From positions 2,095 through 66,094 of the forward strand of contig DOGZ01000012.1 in assembly GCA_003528115.1 (NCBI GenBank): a stretch of 64,000 bases of DNA, given 5' to 3'. This stretch comes from Candidatus Omnitrophota bacterium (GTDB lineage Bacteria; Omnitrophota; Gorgyraeia; Zapsychrales; Zapsychraceae). Of this stretch, positions 60,853-64,000 are shown piece by piece. Both the position numbers and the translations under genes were made by a program. Positions within the stretch are counted from its first letter, which is position 1. Every line of letters begins with the position of its first letter. The notes beneath the pieces are model-generated. The model was not told the DNA's origin. It searched no databases and saw only the letters and a program-made list of their open reading frames with translations.

Positions 60853-60880
60853 AAAAGTCTCCTAAAAAAATTAAATAATT

Positions 60881-61276
60881 TTATTGAACAAATTTCTTTT
60901 TTCCACTTCGCTCCAACTCAAACTTCTTTCTATGTACCTCAGTCTGATACATACCACAGTCAGGACAAATAAACGCATATTTAATTTTAAAAAAGCAAAG
61001 ATTATTTCTTCGGTAACTTCTTTCTTCTTTATCGATAATAATAAAGTTGCCAGATTTAACAAACTGCTGATCTTTGTTCAAGACCTTTAATTGCCCGTCT
61101 ATTCCTACGTCTTCGTATACTCCACAATCAGCACAGGTAAGTAACTCATATCGGCTATTTGTATTTCCTGATGCCGTTTGGACCTCCCAAATGATTTTTT
61201 TGAGTGCAACGACTAATTTCTTATACTCCTTAGACTTTAAATAATCATCTTCACGATTTTTTTGTTGTGAATTCAT
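60881..61276 (-). CDS. Hypothetical protein with two CxxC motifs
   Basis: CADCG and CPDCG. Confidence 0.55.
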   Translation of the reverse strand: MNSQQKNREDDYLKSKEYKKLVVALKKIIWEVQTASGNTNSRYELLTCADCGVYEDVGIDGQLKVLNKDQQFVKSGNFIIIDKEERSYRRNNLCFFKIKYAFICPDCGMYQTEVHRKKFELERSGKKKFVQ

Positions 61277-61335
61277 TGTTTTTTAATTACTTCAAAAAAG
61301 TATTCTAAGGTAATGATTTTGCAAAATCAAATATT

Positions 61336-61728
61336 TCATTTATTATTTTCCCGTATTTTCTCCGCCATTTTTATCAATTCCTCCTTGCTAACGGATTTGG
61401 CCTTGGCAAAGTTCAAATCTGATATTTCAAATATAGGCACAAGATGAATATGCGCATGGGGGACTTCTAATCCAGCTATCATCACACCAATCTTTTTACA
61501 AGAAACAGATTTCTTAATCATACAGGAAACTTTCTTGGCAAAAATCATAAGACCACCCAATAAATCGTCCTCAACATCAAAAATATAATCAATTTCCTGT
61601 TTGGGTATAACCAACGTGTGTCCCGGATTTATTGGCCGTAAATCCAGGAAAGCTAAATAATTTTCATCTTCAAGAATTTTGTAACAAGGGATTTCTCCGT
61701 TAATTATTTTTGTAAATACAGTAGCCAA
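61336..61728 (-). CDS. HIT-family protein
   Basis: FTKIINGEIP, GHTLVIPK, VPHAHIHLVP; TTG start. Confidence 0.92.
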   Translation of the reverse strand: MATVFTKIINGEIPCYKILEDENYLAFLDLRPINPGHTLVIPKQEIDYIFDVEDDLLGGLMIFAKKVSCMIKKSVSCKKIGVMIAGLEVPHAHIHLVPIFEISDLNFAKAKSVSKEELIKMAEKIRENNK

Positions 61729-61891
61729 TTCTATTCCTAAATCACCCCGGGGGGAACGTCAATCTGTATAATATTTTTTTCTGAATATACTCGACATCTT
61801 TTTCTGGGTCTTTTCCATATAAAACAAAAATATTATAATTTCGTTTCCGGGTTTTTTCCATTAAATACATTATTTTTTTATTACAAAAAAA

Positions 61892-62686
61892 TTAATTATA
61901 AAATTCACCAGCGGGTTTAGGGAATTGCCCTTTAAGAGCATTTTCAACAAGAGCTTTAACCTCTTCGCTGAAATTTGCCGAAATAATCCATTCTAAATAT
62001 TTTGAATCCTTTTTAACAATTTCCTGCAAACTATATTGTTTGGCATATTTTCCAAACATCATATATAACTTTCCATTCCACCACCGAAATTTCTTTTCTC
62101 CATCAAAAAATTCAACATTATTTTTGTAATTAAACGAACCCAATATCTTGATATCATCCTCGCCTTTACCGTATTTAAATGCTTGTGCGGAAAGAATTTC
62201 AAGAGTCGCCTCGGTATCTGCTAACGCAGAGTGCGCGTTCCCCAGATTTTTATTACAATAAAATTTATAAGCTGAGGAAAGATCCCTTTTTTCATTCAGA
62301 TGATAAACCTTTTGAGCGTCGTATATCTTAAGTTTTTGCCAATTAAATTTCAATCCAACCTCAACCAACTCTCTTTCTAATAAAGGCAAATCAAACCTCT
62401 CAATATTAAAGCCAGCCAAATCAGCTGAGCCGATGAAATTCAAAACCTCATTACCAATATCTTTAAACACTGGCGCTAGATGGACATCATCATCCACGAT
62501 CCCTGTTAATTCACTGACTATTTTCGGTATTGGGATTTGCGGATTAACTCTTTTGTCATAAACTTCTTTTTTCCCATCAACAAAACATTTGATCATTGCA
62601 ATTTCAATGATTTTATCTTTTTCAATCCATGTTCCAGTTGTTTCAAGATCTAAGATAACCAGCGTATTAGAAAACATCATAAACAA
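61892..62686 (-). CDS. DEDDh 3'-5' exonuclease (DnaQ-like)
   Basis: DLETTG, FNIERFD, AHSALAD. Confidence 0.88.
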   Translation of the reverse strand: MFMMFSNTLVILDLETTGTWIEKDKIIEIAMIKCFVDGKKEVYDKRVNPQIPIPKIVSELTGIVDDDVHLAPVFKDIGNEVLNFIGSADLAGFNIERFDLPLLERELVEVGLKFNWQKLKIYDAQKVYHLNEKRDLSSAYKFYCNKNLGNAHSALADTEATLEILSAQAFKYGKGEDDIKILGSFNYKNNVEFFDGEKKFRWWNGKLYMMFGKYAKQYSLQEIVKKDSKYLEWIISANFSEEVKALVENALKGQFPKPAGEFYN

Positions 62687-62698
62687 ATCCTTTTTAGG

Positions 62699-63724
62699 TC
62701 AATATTTAGCACCTTTTTTAATTAATAGATCTATAATCTCTTGATTATTAGACTTAACCGCGAGCATCAGTGGTGTCATACGATATTTATCTGTGATGTT
62801 CGTATTCGCCCCATGCTCTAGGAGAAGATTAACAACAGCCACTTGGTTTGGAAATTCCTCATTGGAATTTGAAATGGCCTCACTGAGGGCGGTATAACCG
62901 TTTGTCCCTATGATATTAACATCAGCACCGTTCTTGATAAAAAGATTAACAAAGTCAAGATGCCCCCACCAACTTGCCTCCATCAATAGCGTTTTTCCAG
63001 AAGATGCACTAAGACGGTTAATTTCAATTCCCTTTGAAAGAAGATATTCAACTATTTGAACATGTCCTCCTCGTACAGATTTGTAAATGGTTTCTTCATT
63101 CAACTCAGATCCTTTATCAATAAGCAATTTAAGGATATCAAGATGCCCAGAGTAGGCCGCGATATCAGCACTTGTCTCTAAATCACTCCTGGAGTTGGAG
63201 GAACCTTTCTGGTGAATATCTGATCCTTTTTCAATCAACAACTCAACTAAAGATAACTGCCCCTTATATGCGGAACACATTAAGGGCGTCCAGTCCCAAT
63301 CCACCTGAATTCCGTGAATAATTCTTTTATAACCTTTAATATTTACTTCTGCTCCTGCTTCGATGAGTGCTTTGGCCGCCTCGTATCGTTCATGCATAAT
63401 GGCATTAATCAATAGACCTGTATCTTTAAAATTCGTTGGGTTAGCATGGGCGCCTTTTTCAATAAGATATTTGATAACACTGGTTTGATTTCCCATCACA
63501 GCCGCTGCTAATGCGGTATCAAGTTGTTCTTGTTGTGAGACGGTTTCTAGTAGCTTTTTCATCATTTCCAAGTTCCCGGCTCGGGCAGCAGAAAACAGGC
63601 CTCCTTCAACGTATTGTGCGTAACTGGTAGAGGCGTAAAATAAGGCAAAAAATAAATATACTCTAAAGACTTCTCGCGGGGATTTAATTATAAATAGAAA
63701 TGACTTAAGTTTGAAAGTACGCAT
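62699..63724 (-). CDS. Exported ankyrin-repeat protein
   Basis: Repeated TPLM/TAL..A...G...V..L.EKGA motifs; signal-like N-terminus. Confidence 0.9.
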   Translation of the reverse strand: MRTFKLKSFLFIIKSPREVFRVYLFFALFYASTSYAQYVEGGLFSAARAGNLEMMKKLLETVSQQEQLDTALAAAVMGNQTSVIKYLIEKGAHANPTNFKDTGLLINAIMHERYEAAKALIEAGAEVNIKGYKRIIHGIQVDWDWTPLMCSAYKGQLSLVELLIEKGSDIHQKGSSNSRSDLETSADIAAYSGHLDILKLLIDKGSELNEETIYKSVRGGHVQIVEYLLSKGIEINRLSASSGKTLLMEASWWGHLDFVNLFIKNGADVNIIGTNGYTALSEAISNSNEEFPNQVAVVNLLLEHGANTNITDKYRMTPLMLAVKSNNQEIIDLLIKKGAKY

Positions 63725-63909
63725 AAGTGAAATGATTTGGTGATTTTAAAAGATATTTTAAATCAGCTGTAGGTTTCGGTCAAAGTAAATATCGAATATC
63801 GCATATCGAATAAGAAATCAAATTTTGTTAAAAATTTGGGCAATTCATTTTAATGGTGATATACTTTTTTTGCACTTATACATAATACTATTAAAGGAAT
63901 TTAAATAAA

Positions 63910-64000
63910 ATGGATCAAGGTAAAATTAAGGAACTATTATCATTAGCGGTACAACGTAAAGCAACGGATATTCATCTCGTCACTGGCCTTTCACCTGTCT
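63910..64000 (+). CDS. PilT/PilU-family ATPase, 5' fragment
   Basis: MDQGKIKELLSLAVQRKATDIHLVTGLSPV matches the PilT N-terminal A(S/T)D(I/L)HL..G.PP motif. Confidence 0.7.
   Translation, partial: MDQGKIKELLSLAVQRKATDIHLVTGLSPV

Overview
A 64-kb bacterial chromosomal window, mostly on the minus strand. Gene content (orphan CheX-like protein, PilZ, PilT, a Pom-type barrel, a giant secreted protein) is suggestive of Ca. Omnitrophota or a PVC relative, but this is inference only. It carries central metabolism genes (acs partial, pntAB, ald, fumC, gltA, pepA), assimilatory sulfate reduction (cysH-cysD-cysNC, a separate sulfite reductase and FNR), amtB-glnK, an AT-rich czcCBA/P-II metal-efflux cassette, one intact IS256-like element, and an AT-rich right end with SET, ankyrin, kinase and barrel genes. 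The most notable unannotated signals are these. (1) A dispersed family of small, TA-flanked, nested palindromic elements (MITE-like) lies inside or next to genes; deleting them in silico restores sensible reading frames for nfeD, a PilZ gene and a small gene coupled to the giant ORF, and one old copy seems to supply the gltA -10 box and RBS. (2) A 3115-aa secreted, apparently pure coiled-coil protein is punctuated by a Pro motif at recurring 29- or 78-residue spacings. (3) A dual-hairpin ANTAR-type attenuator precedes amtB. (4) A candidate three-state RNA switch precedes a hybrid kinase. (5) The IS transposase needs a -1 shift to gain its zinc ribbon. All calls come from reading the sequence by eye; no searches were run.
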